From the NCBI GenBank assembly GCA_963755995.1, contig CAVWLQ010000003.1:1156734-1220733 (forward strand): a stretch of 64,000 bases of DNA. Direction: 5' to 3'. Below, in pieces: positions 29,835 through 38,669 of the stretch. Numbering within the stretch: position 1 is the stretch's first letter; each line of letters begins with the position of its first letter. The notes beneath the pieces were generated by a model, which saw only the letters and a list, made by a program, of their open reading frames with translations, made no database searches and had not been told where the DNA came from. Source of the stretch: an uncultured Chloroflexia bacterium. Its GTDB lineage: Bacteria > Chloroflexota > Limnocylindria > Limnocylindrales > CSP1-4. A program made the translations under genes and the position numbers.

Positions 29835-30263
29835 CTAGATCCCCAGGCCTTCGAAGGCCTTCGCCAGCTCCTGTGGGTCTTCGAGTGCCTTCCGGTACGT
29901 GTCCCATCGGTCGGGTGCCCAGATCTCGGCGTGATCGCGGGAACCGACGAGGACGGCCTCACCGGCGAGGCCGACCGACTGGCGCAGGTAGGCCGGCAGC
30001 AGGATCCGGCCCTGCTTGTCCATCTGCGCCTCGGTCGCGGTCGAGAACACGAACCGCTGGAAGCTGCGCGACCGCGGGTCGGTGAACGGCAGCGCCGCGA
30101 CCTTCTCCGATAGCTCCTCCCAGCCGGCCTTGGTGTGGATCGCGAGGCAGTCGTCGAGCCAGCCCGAGACCATCGATCCCGGGTCGAGCTGGGCGCGGAA
30201 CTTCACAGGGACGGCGATCCGTCCCTTGTCGTCCACCGTGTGCCGGTACTCGCCGGTGAACAC
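29835..30263 (-). CDS. mraZ: division/cell wall cluster transcriptional regulator MraZ
   Basis: Two SpoVT/AbrB-like halves with DDKGRIAVP and DKQGRILLP. GTG start. Intact 142 aa. Confidence 0.95.
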   Translation of the reverse strand: MFTGEYRHTVDDKGRIAVPVKFRAQLDPGSMVSGWLDDCLAIHTKAGWEELSEKVAALPFTDPRSRSFQRFVFSTATEAQMDKQGRILLPAYLRQSVGLAGEAVLVGSRDHAEIWAPDRWDTYRKALEDPQELAKAFEGLGI

Positions 30264-30320
30264 CTGTCGGGCCTACCCCTGTGACGTGTGGGCTGGGTGG
30301 TCGGAGGGTTCTGGGATTCC

Positions 30321-30346
30321 CCACTTCTCACCACTTTTTGCCACTT
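30321..30346 (-). promoter_or_regulatory. three direct AAGTGG repeats at exact 10-bp phasing (putative MraZ operator)
   Basis: Plus strand has CCACTT at 30321, 30331 and 30341. The minus strand reads AAGTGGcaaaAAGTGGtgagAAGTGG, 58-83 nt upstream of mraZ and directly downstream of the predicted -10. Confidence 0.6.
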
Positions 30347-30352
30347 CGCTGC

Positions 30353-30380
30353 ATTCTAGTCACCGGACGGCCCACGTCAA
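30353..30380 (-). promoter_or_regulatory. sigma-70-type promoter of the dcw operon (Pmra)
   Basis: Minus strand TTGACG (30380-30375) - 16 nt - TAGAAT (30358-30353), near consensus in an otherwise 70% GC context. Confidence 0.55.
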
Positions 30381-30876
30381 GGTGGATTCGTGGGTTGGCG
30401 TGGGGTTGGGCGGTGCGTGCGTGCGGGCTCCGCGGGCATGGCCGGGGCCGGGGGCCGCGCTGTCCCTGTCCTCGCGTCACGCGAGGTCCCCGCCGGGGAC
30501 GAGCCAGGTCGTTCGGCGACCGTTGGCGGGCCGGATGGGGTTTGAGCCTGTGCAGCGAGGCACGACCGAGCGTGGCGTCGGTCGCGGGCGGGTCGCTCCG
30601 TGTGACCCCGATCGCCGACCACGAGCCACGGTCGTATCTGGCCGGAACGCGGGGCGCCGGCACACCGCACCGGGACCGGGGACCTGATGGCCGTCCGGGT
30701 ATTCGCCCCAGTCTTATCCAGGGCCTAAGAGCGGGGCAGATGGGTCCGTCGGCACCGCGGGTCACGCTCGCCCGGTGCGGCTCACGACCGATCCGCAGGA
30801 CACGGGCACCCCGGTATCTCGGTCGATCCCCAGGCGGTAAGACTCCCGGGAATACCTCGAGGGTGATCGAAGCTCC

Positions 30877-30892
30877 GCGGGCCCCGGCCCGC
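30877..30892 (-). terminator. GC-rich hairpin just after the LysM gene stop
   Basis: 16-nt palindrome GCGGGCCCCGGCCCGC 5 nt downstream of the stop at 30898-30900. No U-tract. Confidence 0.35.
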
Positions 30893-30897
30893 GAGAC

Positions 30898-31792
30898 TCA
30901 GCGAGTCGGTGGCGGGATCCGCAAGCCTCGACCGGCCTTCAGGCCGTCGGCCGTCCAGGGGTTCCAGGCCTTGACGGTCTTCAAGGGCACCCCGAAGTAG
31001 TTGGCGATGCTGTACAGGTTGTCGCCCGAGCGGATGACGTAGACGTAGCAGGCGGGCGTGCCCGAGCACGGCTTGAGCAGCGCGTACCGGCTCGAGGACG
31101 GCTTGGCCGTCGGCTTCGGGGTCGGAGCCGGGGTCGCGGTCGGGCTGGACGTGGGGCTGGGCGAGGCGGTCGGGGCTCGGCGTGGGCGTCGCGCTCGCGA
31201 CCGGCGTCGGGCTCGGCGTGAGCGCTCGCGGTCGCCGCGGGCGTCGCGGTGGCGAGCGGGCGTCGCTGCCGCGGACGTCGCCGTCGGTACTGCGGTCTCG
31301 ACCTCGCCGAGGACGGCGCCCGTCGGGACCCGCCGAGACGGCTGCGGTCAGGACCAGGCCGCCGTTGGCGACGACGAACGCGACCGACAGCAGGAATGCT
31401 CCGATCAAAGCCAGGACCGACCCGGCGATGGCCGGGCTGACGATCCGCGCCACCGGAACACGGTCGAGCGGTTTGGCCACGGTCATCGCGCCCCGCATGT
31501 AGCGCGGGCAGTTGACGTGTCCGCTGGTCAGGCAGACGAGCTCCTGCTGGCGCAACGACTGGGGCACCGGCCCGCTGAGGGCCGCGCATCGGTTCGATTG
31601 ATCCGGTGCCTCGACGGGGATGCCGAGGCGATCGCCATCGTGGATCGATCGGAGGAACGGGCAGATCCGCTGGTCGGCCGAGGCTTCGTCCACCGGCCCG
31701 CGATCGGGGCCTGCGACCGGCCGAGGGGTCGCCCCGGGATCGTCCATCCGGACGGCATGGGACTGCTCGGTCGTCGACGGATCGTCCTGCAC
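30898..31792 (-). CDS. membrane protein with Cys-rich cytoplasmic N-domain, TM helix, Pro/Thr/Ala linker and C-terminal LysM domain; at least 2 frameshifts in the linker
   Basis: N-terminal part (ICPFLRS..NRCAA..VCLTSGHVNCPRY, TM IAGSVLALIGAFLLSVAFVV) is in ORF 30782..31792. The LysM domain (YVYVIRSGDNLYSIANYFGVPLKTVKAWNPW..GLKAGRGLRIPPPTR, stop 30898) is in another frame. The linker at 31150-31330 switches frames more than once. Confidence 0.75.
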
Positions 31793-31941
31793 GCGCGCTC
31801 CAGTCTGCCCCCCGGGGCTGCAACGGCGCGGAGTCTAGTACCTTTCGCGCCTTGCCGTTTCGCTCAGGGCGGTGCTAGGCTGCGCCGCCTGAGTCGACGG
31901 GAACGCCGTCGACGCTCCGAATCGAGGGTTCCGACCCAGCC

Positions 31942-32184
31942 ATGGCCCTCCCGCTCCCCGTGATCCCGCCGAGCCCCGACGCCTTTCATCTGGCGCCGCA
32001 CCGGATCAAGCGCTGCACATTCCGGCGCCTGATCAACGTCGAGATGGGCGCGGACCGGGTCTACGACGTCGAGTGCCTCTACCCGGATCGCAAGGTCCCG
32101 ATCCCCCTGGGCGACCTCGAAGCGGCGACGCCGATCTGCAACGCGTGCGTCGCGCCGCACATCTTCCGCCCCGACGAGGACTGA
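31942..32184 (+). CDS. 80-aa hypothetical protein with four cysteines
   Basis: Strong G/C third-position bias. Cys at positions 25, 45, 66 and 69 (CNAC). No family recognised. Confidence 0.5.
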   Translation: MALPLPVIPPSPDAFHLAPHRIKRCTFRRLINVEMGADRVYDVECLYPDRKVPIPLGDLEAATPICNACVAPHIFRPDED

Positions 32185-32401
32185 CCGCCGCCGGTTCGGC
32201 TGGCTGATCCCGGCAGTGTGACCCGGGAATCGTGCGCCTGACAGGAACCATCATCGCGTGACCACCCTCTGGCGGTGACCGGATCCGGCGATTCCCGCGC
32301 GGTTGGCAACGCCGCCACGCTCGGATCCGCCGACACCGCGCCCCGTGGGAACACGCGGCTACCCAGTGGCCGCGTTTGCCGGACTGGCCAGATCGGCGAT
32401 C

Positions 32402-32786
32402 GAATGTCAGCGAGGCGGTCTGTAAGCCGAGTTCTGTCCTGACCTGCCTTGCGGCAGACAGGGATGGCCATCCATCTGGGGCCGCCGGTTGCCCGACGGC
32501 TCATGCGGCCGACCCGAGGGCTGGGCAGCGCACCTCTCCCCCGGCGACGGTTGCCCGCCGTCGGGTTGCGCCCTCCTATTTGGCCTTGCTCCGGGTGGAG
32601 TTTGCCCGTTTCACTCCGGTCGTCGGCTCGCGCCGCCGTCCGGCATCGTCACTGTGGCACTGGTCCTCGCCTCACGGCGGGCGGGCGTTACCCGCCACCC
32701 TGCGCTGCGGAGCTCGGACTTTCCTCACGCCGCCGACGGAGTCGCCCCCATCGCCGACGCGCGACCATCCGACCGCCTCGCTGACG
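32402..32786 (-). ncRNA. rnpB: RNase P RNA, bacterial type A
   Basis: Minus strand has GAGGAAAGUCCGAGCUCC (P4 5' strand, 32726-32709) and ACAGAACUCGGCUUACAG (32437-32420). P1 pairs GUCAGCGAGGCGGUC (32785-32771) with GACCGCCUCGCUGAC (32420-32406). About 385 nt. Confidence 0.93.
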
Positions 32787-32794
32787 TGGCCATC

Positions 32795-33281
32795 CTACCC
32801 GCCGGTGACGTCCCGGGCGGCCGGAGCGAGGACGATCCTCCCCTTTGGACCTTCGATCGTCAGGCCACCGCTGCCGTCGAGCGTCTGCGTCACCCCCAGC
32901 GGACCCTGGAGCGCGGCGAAGAGCACCGTCTCGAAGTCACCCTGAGGACCGATGCAGCCCATGAGCGTCGACATCAGCTCACCGAACGTGAGCGTCCCCG
33001 TCGTCGGATCGTACGTGTAGCCGCCATTGAACGAGTTGCAGCCGCCGGTGCCCTTCACGCGATCCGCGGTGAACCCGATGAACGGGCGTGCTCGCCGGGA
33101 CCGATGGCCGGCCGCCGACCGAGACCACCCCCCAGTTCGTGCCGGCGAGCGTGGCGGGACAGCAGGGAGGGGCCACGGCGACCGGGCTCGTCGAGGCGCT
33201 CGGGCTCGAGCCACCGCACGCGGCCACGAGCCAGGCGACGAGCACGATCGCGAGGATGATCCGGCCGATCGGAGGTCTCAC
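32795..33281 (-). CDS. lipoprotein with META (HslJ-like) domain, one frameshift near 33100
   Basis: Lipobox LVAAC in MRPPIGRIILAIVLVAWLVAACGG. META pattern LAGTNWGVVSVGG...FTADRVKGTGGCNSFNGGYTYD..LTFGELMSTLMGC lies in ORF 32795..33214. Length 3n+1. Confidence 0.8.
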
Positions 33282-33327
33282 GGTCGCCTGACGGCGATCG
33301 TCGCCCCACGGTTCCGCCGCGCCGGTC

Positions 33328-33855
33328 TCAGGAACGCGGTCGCCGGACCACCGATGCCGGTCCGCCCGCCTGCGCCCGATCGATCGCCTCGTTGGCCAGC
33401 GCGTCCGCGACCGTGTTCAGCGCGCGCGGCACGTGCGCCGCCGACCATCGATCGAACCCCGCCAGCGTCCGCCGCGCCGCGGTCCACAGAGGGATCAGCT
33501 TGGCGTCCTTGACCCGCCAGCGACCGGCCAGCTGCTCCACGATGAGCTTCGAATCGAGCAGGAGATGGACCTCTCGAGCGCCGAGCTCGCGCGCCAGGTC
33601 GAGCGCCCGCACGACCCCGGTGTATTCGGCGACGTTGTTCGTCTGGACGCCGAGATAGTCGGAGATCGAGGCGTCCGGGACGGCCCGGTCGTCCCGCGCG
33701 TCGGGTCGGTCGAGGTCGAACAGCGCGGCACCCAGCGATGCCGGTCCGGGGTTGCCTCGGGCCGCCCCGTCCGTTCGGATGACGAACCCGCGTCGCCGCG
33801 CGGGGTCGGTCTCGGCGGACCCCGTGGCGAGGTCCGGGAAGAGCGTGTCGGTCAC
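33328..33855 (-). CDS. rnhA: ribonuclease HI family protein
   Basis: [15 protein letters not shown] (Asp), NNVAEYTG (Glu), LLLDSKLIV (Asp), ALNTVADALAN (Asp). Intact 175 aa. Confidence 0.85.
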   Translation of the reverse strand: MTDTLFPDLATGSAETDPARRRGFVIRTDGAARGNPGPASLGAALFDLDRPDARDDRAVPDASISDYLGVQTNNVAEYTGVVRALDLARELGAREVHLLLDSKLIVEQLAGRWRVKDAKLIPLWTAARRTLAGFDRWSAAHVPRALNTVADALANEAIDRAQAGGPASVVRRPRS

Positions 33856-33981
33856 CCGGCCCCCGGGTCGCCCGGCGGTCGCTTCGTGCGACGCGCGCTC
33901 CGCGGCGCAGCGGTGCCTGCCCCCGCCTCGGTCGTGGACGGCGCGCTCGGCACGGCGCCGACCGGTGCCGCCGGAACGGGC

Positions 33982-34866
33982 TCAGGCACGCTCGCGACGG
34001 GCGTGCTCAACGGCCTTGGGCGGCAGGTTGTCGACGGCCCTCGCGGCATCGTCCGGGCTCGTCGCGACGGGAACCGCACGGGCGTCGAGCATCGGCAGCT
34101 CCACGCCCGCGCCCGTGCCGGAGCTGCTGCCCCGGACCTTGCGCAGGAACCACTGGATCGGGTCGTAGTAGGCGTCCGCCACTCGCTCCTTGAGCGGGAT
34201 GATCGCGTTGTCGGTGATCTTGATGTGCTCCGGGCAGACCTCGGTGCAGCACTTGGTGATGTTGCAGTAGCCGATCCCGCCGCTGTCCTTGAGGTACTCG
34301 CGCCGGTCCGCCTGGTCGATCGGATGCATCTCCAGGCCGGCCGTCCGGACCAGGTAGCGCGGGCCCATGAACGGCTTCTCGGTCTCGTGGTTGCGCAGCA
34401 CGTGGCAGACGTCCTGGCACAGGAAGCACTCGATGCACTTGCGGTATTCCTGGACACGCTCGATGTCCTGCTGATGCCAGCGCCAGTCCTCCTGCGGGAC
34501 GTCCGTCGGCGGCGTGAACGGCTGGATCGTCTTGTTGACCTCGTAGTTCCAGGACACGTCGGTGACCAGGTCGCGGATGAGCGGGAAGGCGCGCATCGGC
34601 TCGACGGTGATCGGCTCCTCGAGGTCGAAGTCGGACAGCCTCGTCTTGCAGGTCAGGCTCGGCCGTCCGTCGACCTCCGCGCTGCACGAGCCGCACTTGG
34701 CGGCCTTGCAGTTCCAGCGGACGGCAAGGTCGGGTGCCTCGTGACCCTGGATCCAGTGGAGGGCGTCGAGGACGACCATCCCCTCCTCCACGGGCACGTC
34801 GAACTCGTCGAAACGTCCCTCCTCGCCGGGGCTGCCGCGGAAGACCTTCAGGTGTGCGTCCGGCAT
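33982..34866 (-). CDS. sdhB: succinate dehydrogenase/fumarate reductase iron-sulfur subunit
   Basis: Cys clusters CKAAKCGSCSAEVDG, CIECFLCQDVC and CNITKCCTEVCP. Intact 294 aa with a C-terminal extension. Confidence 0.93.
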   Translation of the reverse strand: MPDAHLKVFRGSPGEEGRFDEFDVPVEEGMVVLDALHWIQGHEAPDLAVRWNCKAAKCGSCSAEVDGRPSLTCKTRLSDFDLEEPITVEPMRAFPLIRDLVTDVSWNYEVNKTIQPFTPPTDVPQEDWRWHQQDIERVQEYRKCIECFLCQDVCHVLRNHETEKPFMGPRYLVRTAGLEMHPIDQADRREYLKDSGGIGYCNITKCCTEVCPEHIKITDNAIIPLKERVADAYYDPIQWFLRKVRGSSSGTGAGVELPMLDARAVPVATSPDDAARAVDNLPPKAVEHARRERA

Positions 34867-34877
34867 CCGATCCTCCG

Positions 34878-36716
34878 TCAGTGAGCGCTGCTGCCGAGCA
34901 GGCTTCGCAGCTGGTCGGACATCGCGGGCAGGGGTGTGGTCGAGACAGTCATGGAGCCGTCGGGGCCACGGCCCACGGCGACGTTGACATGGCTCCAGGC
35001 GCCGTCGTCGGTCGCGGGGAAGTCGAGCCGGCTGTGAGCCCCGCGGCTCTCTGTGCGCTCACGGGCGCTCCGGGTGATGGCCTCGGAGATCGTCAAGAGA
35101 TGGTCCAGCTCGAAGACCAGGTTCCAGCCCGGGTTGTAGACCCGGCCGCCCGACACGCACACGGTCGACCAGCGCCGGCGCAGCTCGGCCAGCTCCACGA
35201 GCGCCTCGTCGAGGTCGGCCTCCACGCGGAAGATCCCGACCAACCGCTGCATGACCTCCTGCAGGTCGCGCTGGACCGCATACGGATCCTCGCCCCCGGT
35301 CCGCTCGAGCGGCGCGGCGAGGGCCGCGACACCCGCCTGGATCATGACCGGGTCGACATAGGGTTCCGCGACCGCCGCCGCTGCGTGGGCCGCCGCTGCG
35401 CCGCCCGTCCGTGCCCCGAACACCAGGAGGTCCGACAGGGAGTTCCCGCCCAGCCGGTTCGCCCCGTGCATCCCGCCGGCGACCTCGCCCGCCGCGTACA
35501 GGCCGTCGACGGTCGTCGCGCCGGTCTCGGCATCGACCCGGATCCCGCCCATGACGTAGTGGGTGGTCGGCCCGACCTCCATCGGCCCCTTGGTGATGTC
35601 GACGTCGGCCAGCTCCTTGAACTGCTCGTACATCGACGGCAGCTTGCGTCGGACGGTCTCCGCGGGCAGGTACGAGATGTCGAGGAAGACGCCGCCGTGC
35701 GGGCTCCCCCGGCCTTCGCGGACCTCGGTGTAGATCGCCCGCGCGACGTTGTCCCGGGTCGACAGCTCGGGCGGCCGCCGCGCCTCGGTCTCCTTGCCTT
35801 CGGACAGGGCGGTCACCCAGCGGGCCGCCTCCTCGTCCGTGGCGGCGTACTCGGCCCGCCGATCCTCGGGCAGGTAGTCCCACATGAACCGCTTGCCGTC
35901 CTTGTTGCGCAGGATCCCGCCCTCGCCGCGGACCGCCTCGGTGACCAGCAGCCCGCGAACGCCCGGCGGCCAGACCATCCCGGTCGGGTGGAACTGGACG
36001 AACTCCATGTCGATCAGCTCGGCGCCGGCCTCGTAGGCCAGGGCCTGGCCGTCGCCGCTGTACTCCCAGGAGTTCGAGGTGACCTGGTAGGCCTTGCCGA
36101 TGCCGCCGGTCGCAAGCACGATCGCCTTGGCCGGGAACACGATCGGCCCCCCGGTCGTCCGCCAATAGCCGAAGGCCCCGGTGACCCCGGCCGGCCCCGT
36201 GATCAGGCGCGAGACCGTGCACTCCATGTAGACCTGGATCCCGAGCGCGACCGCCCGGTCCTGCAGGGTGCGGATCATCTCGAGGCCGGTCCGGTCGCCG
36301 ACGTGGGCCAGCCGCGGGTGCGAGTGGCCACCGAACGGTCGCTGCAGGATCCGGCCGTCCGCCGTCCGGTCGAAGACGGCGCCCCAGAGCTCCAGCTCGC
36401 GGACGCGCTCCGGCGCCTCCGTCGCGTGGAGCTCGGCCATCCGCGGGTTGTTCAGGAGCTTGCCGCCGACCATCGTGTCGCGGAAATGGACCTGCCAGGA
36501 ATCAGAGGCGGCCACGTGCTGGAGCGCGGCGGCCACCCCGCCCTCGGCCATGACCGTGTGCGCCTTGCCGAGGAGGGACTTGCAGACGAGCCCGACGTCC
36601 GCGCCGGCCATCTTCGCCTCGATCGCGGCCCGCAGGCCGGCCCCGCCGGCGCCGATCACGAGCACGTCGTGCGGGCGGACCTGGGGTTTCGGCTGCGCGG
36701 CGGTCGCGAGGGTCAT
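34878..36716 (-). CDS. sdhA: succinate dehydrogenase/fumarate reductase flavoprotein subunit
   Basis: DVLVIGAGGAGLRAA, KAHTVMAEGG (FAD-His region), HPTG, GLYAAGE, RTESRGAHSR. Intact 612 aa. Confidence 0.96.
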   Translation of the reverse strand: MTLATAAQPKPQVRPHDVLVIGAGGAGLRAAIEAKMAGADVGLVCKSLLGKAHTVMAEGGVAAALQHVAASDSWQVHFRDTMVGGKLLNNPRMAELHATEAPERVRELELWGAVFDRTADGRILQRPFGGHSHPRLAHVGDRTGLEMIRTLQDRAVALGIQVYMECTVSRLITGPAGVTGAFGYWRTTGGPIVFPAKAIVLATGGIGKAYQVTSNSWEYSGDGQALAYEAGAELIDMEFVQFHPTGMVWPPGVRGLLVTEAVRGEGGILRNKDGKRFMWDYLPEDRRAEYAATDEEAARWVTALSEGKETEARRPPELSTRDNVARAIYTEVREGRGSPHGGVFLDISYLPAETVRRKLPSMYEQFKELADVDITKGPMEVGPTTHYVMGGIRVDAETGATTVDGLYAAGEVAGGMHGANRLGGNSLSDLLVFGARTGGAAAAHAAAAVAEPYVDPVMIQAGVAALAAPLERTGGEDPYAVQRDLQEVMQRLVGIFRVEADLDEALVELAELRRRWSTVCVSGGRVYNPGWNLVFELDHLLTISEAITRSARERTESRGAHSRLDFPATDDGAWSHVNVAVGRGPDGSMTVSTTPLPAMSDQLRSLLGSSAH

Positions 36717-36723
36717 CGGTCGA

Positions 36724-37530
36724 CTAGAAGAGGATCGCCGGGTCGACGATCACACCTGTCGCCAGCAGTCGCACGTAGATGTCGGCGAACGTGACCGTGA
36801 GGAGGCTCGCCCACGCCCAGGCCATGTGGTGACGGTTGAGCCCGGTGAGCTGCTGCCAGAGCGAGTAGCGCGCCCGTGTCCGGCGGGTGCACGAGAAGCA
36901 ATCCATCTTGCCGCCGATGAGGTGGCGCAGGGAGTGGCACGACAGCGAGTAGCCGGTCAGGAGCAGGGCGTTGAAGGCGAGCACGAACACGCCGAGCCCG
37001 ATCCGCCACTGATCCCCGACCCGGAGCGAGGACGCGGCGTCCACCCACAGGAAGAACAGCGGGATGAAGGCCAGGTACAGGAAGAACCGGTGGAAGTTCT
37101 GGAGGATGAACGGCAGGGCCGCCTCCATCCGGTAGCGGCGGTGGACGGTCGGCTCGCCGACGGCGCAGCCGGGCGGATCGGCGAAGTAGAAGCGGTAGTA
37201 CGCCTTGCGGTAGTAGTAGCAGGTGGCCCGGAAGCCGAGCGGGACCCACAGGATGAAGATCCCGGGGCTGAACCAGGTCGGCAGCCAGTCCGGCTTGATG
37301 AGCGGCGAGAACAGCGGCGACAGATAGCCGTTGTGCTCGTAGGGCGTCCCGAACAGCGGGGTCAGCAGGATGCCGCTGATGAACAGGTAGGTGGCACAGA
37401 TCGTGAAGACCGTCGCCTGGACGCCGGGCGCCACCCACCACCGATCGAGGCGCCGGGTCTTGCCGAGACCGAGGGCCGCGGTGCCTGCCGGCTTTCGCGG
37501 CAGGCGGAGGCTCGCGGGCAGCTCCGTCAT
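36724..37530 (-). CDS. sdhC: succinate dehydrogenase membrane anchor subunit (mycobacterial Sdh1 Rv0249c-like, about 270 aa)
   Basis: Polytopic hydrophobic protein directly upstream of sdhA/sdhB. Conserved His and Cys (CHSLRH, CFSC). ATGA overlap with the idh stop. The family call is partly from context. Confidence 0.7.
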   Translation of the reverse strand: MTELPASLRLPRKPAGTAALGLGKTRRLDRWWVAPGVQATVFTICATYLFISGILLTPLFGTPYEHNGYLSPLFSPLIKPDWLPTWFSPGIFILWVPLGFRATCYYYRKAYYRFYFADPPGCAVGEPTVHRRYRMEAALPFILQNFHRFFLYLAFIPLFFLWVDAASSLRVGDQWRIGLGVFVLAFNALLLTGYSLSCHSLRHLIGGKMDCFSCTRRTRARYSLWQQLTGLNRHHMAWAWASLLTVTFADIYVRLLATGVIVDPAILF

Positions 37531-38558
37531 CGGGCCGCTGGTGCCGCAGGGGTTGCGCCGAGGCGCTCGATGATCGCGTCGGCGAAGCCCTGGGTCCCGG
37601 TCGAGCCACCGAGGTCATAGGTCGTGGTGCGGCCCTCCGCGATGACCGCGCGGACCGCCTCCTCGAGGCGACCCGCGTCCTCGGGATAGCCGAGGTGCCG
37701 GAGCATCAGCGCCCCGGACAGGATCATCGCCGTCGGATTGGCGCGGTCGAGGCCGGCGTACTTGGGGGCGGACCCGTGGACGGGCTCGAAGACGGCGGCC
37801 TCGGTCCCGATATTGGCGCCGGGAGCGACGCCCAGACCACCGACCAGGCCGGCCGCGAGGTCGCTCACGATGTCGCCATACAGGTTCGGCAGCACGAGCA
37901 CGTCGTACAGGTCCGGCTTCTGGACGAGCTGCATGCACATGTTGTCGACGATGCGATCCTCGAACTCGATCCGGCCCTCGTAGTCGGCCGCGACGGTCCG
38001 GCAGCTCTCGAGGAACAGTCCGTCCGAGAGCTTCATGATGTTCGCCTTGTGGACGGCCGTGACCTTGCGCCGGCCGTTCGCCACGGCGTACTCGAAGGCG
38101 TAGCGAGCGATCCGCTCGGACGCCGCTCGGGTGATGATCTTGATGCTCTCCGCGGCATCGGGGCCGACCATGTGCTCGATGCCCGCGTACAGGTCCTCGG
38201 TGTTCTCGCGGACGATGACCAGGTCCACGTCGTCGTAGCGCGATTCGACGCCGACCATCGACTTCGCCGGTCGCAGGTTGGCGTACAGGCCCAGCGCCTG
38301 ACGGAGCCCGACGTTGACGCTCCGGAACCCGCCACCGACCGGGGTCGTGATCGGACCCTTGAGACCGACCCGGGTCCGGCGGACCGACTCGAGCACGCCG
38401 TCCGGGAGCGGCGTCCCGTAGCGCTCGATGGCGGCCTCGCCCGCTTCCACGGGCTCCCATTCGAATCCGATGCCGGTCGCGTCCAGGACGCGGGTGGTCG
38501 CCTCCGCCAGCTCCGGCCCGATGCCGTCGCCGGGGATCAGGGTGATCGTGTGGGCCAT
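37527..38558 (-). CDS. isocitrate/isopropylmalate dehydrogenase family, probably NAD-dependent isocitrate dehydrogenase
   Basis: [52 protein letters not shown]. Heads the sdhCAB operon. Confidence 0.85.
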   Translation of the reverse strand: MAHTITLIPGDGIGPELAEATTRVLDATGIGFEWEPVEAGEAAIERYGTPLPDGVLESVRRTRVGLKGPITTPVGGGFRSVNVGLRQALGLYANLRPAKSMVGVESRYDDVDLVIVRENTEDLYAGIEHMVGPDAAESIKIITRAASERIARYAFEYAVANGRRKVTAVHKANIMKLSDGLFLESCRTVAADYEGRIEFEDRIVDNMCMQLVQKPDLYDVLVLPNLYGDIVSDLAAGLVGGLGVAPGANIGTEAAVFEPVHGSAPKYAGLDRANPTAMILSGALMLRHLGYPEDAGRLEEAVRAVIAEGRTTTYDLGGSTGTQGFADAIIERLGATPAAPAAR

Positions 38559-38582
38559 ATGGCCCGATTGTAGCGAGGGGAC

Positions 38583-38645
38583 GGACTGGCGGTGGGCCGC
38601 CAGTCCTGAGAACGGACGGCCGGCCCGCCGAATGGCGAGCCGGCC
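38583..38645 (-). terminator. two tandem GC hairpins after the PD40-repeat gene
   Basis: GGACTGGCGG-tggg-CCGCCAGTCC (38583-38606, perfect 10-bp stem). GGCCGGC.CGCC-gaat-GGCG.GCCGGCC (38618-38645). They lie between the stop at 38670 and the idh start at 38558. Confidence 0.5.
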
Positions 38646-38669
38646 ACGGGAGTCCGGAGGGTTCGCCGG

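Noticed and set aside
30381-30897. tmRNA, SRP RNA or 6S RNA in the long spacer upstream of Pmra
   Set aside because: None of the diagnostic motifs could be found on either strand (tRNA-like acceptor/T-arm with a tag ORF, or the SRP GGAA/AGCA domain IV loop). It is kept only as an unexplained spacer.
32376-33259. ORFs 32376..32945, 32449..32784 and 32489..33259 over the rnpB region
   Set aside because: The region folds as and carries the universal motifs of RNase P RNA on the minus strand. The ORF products are low-complexity.
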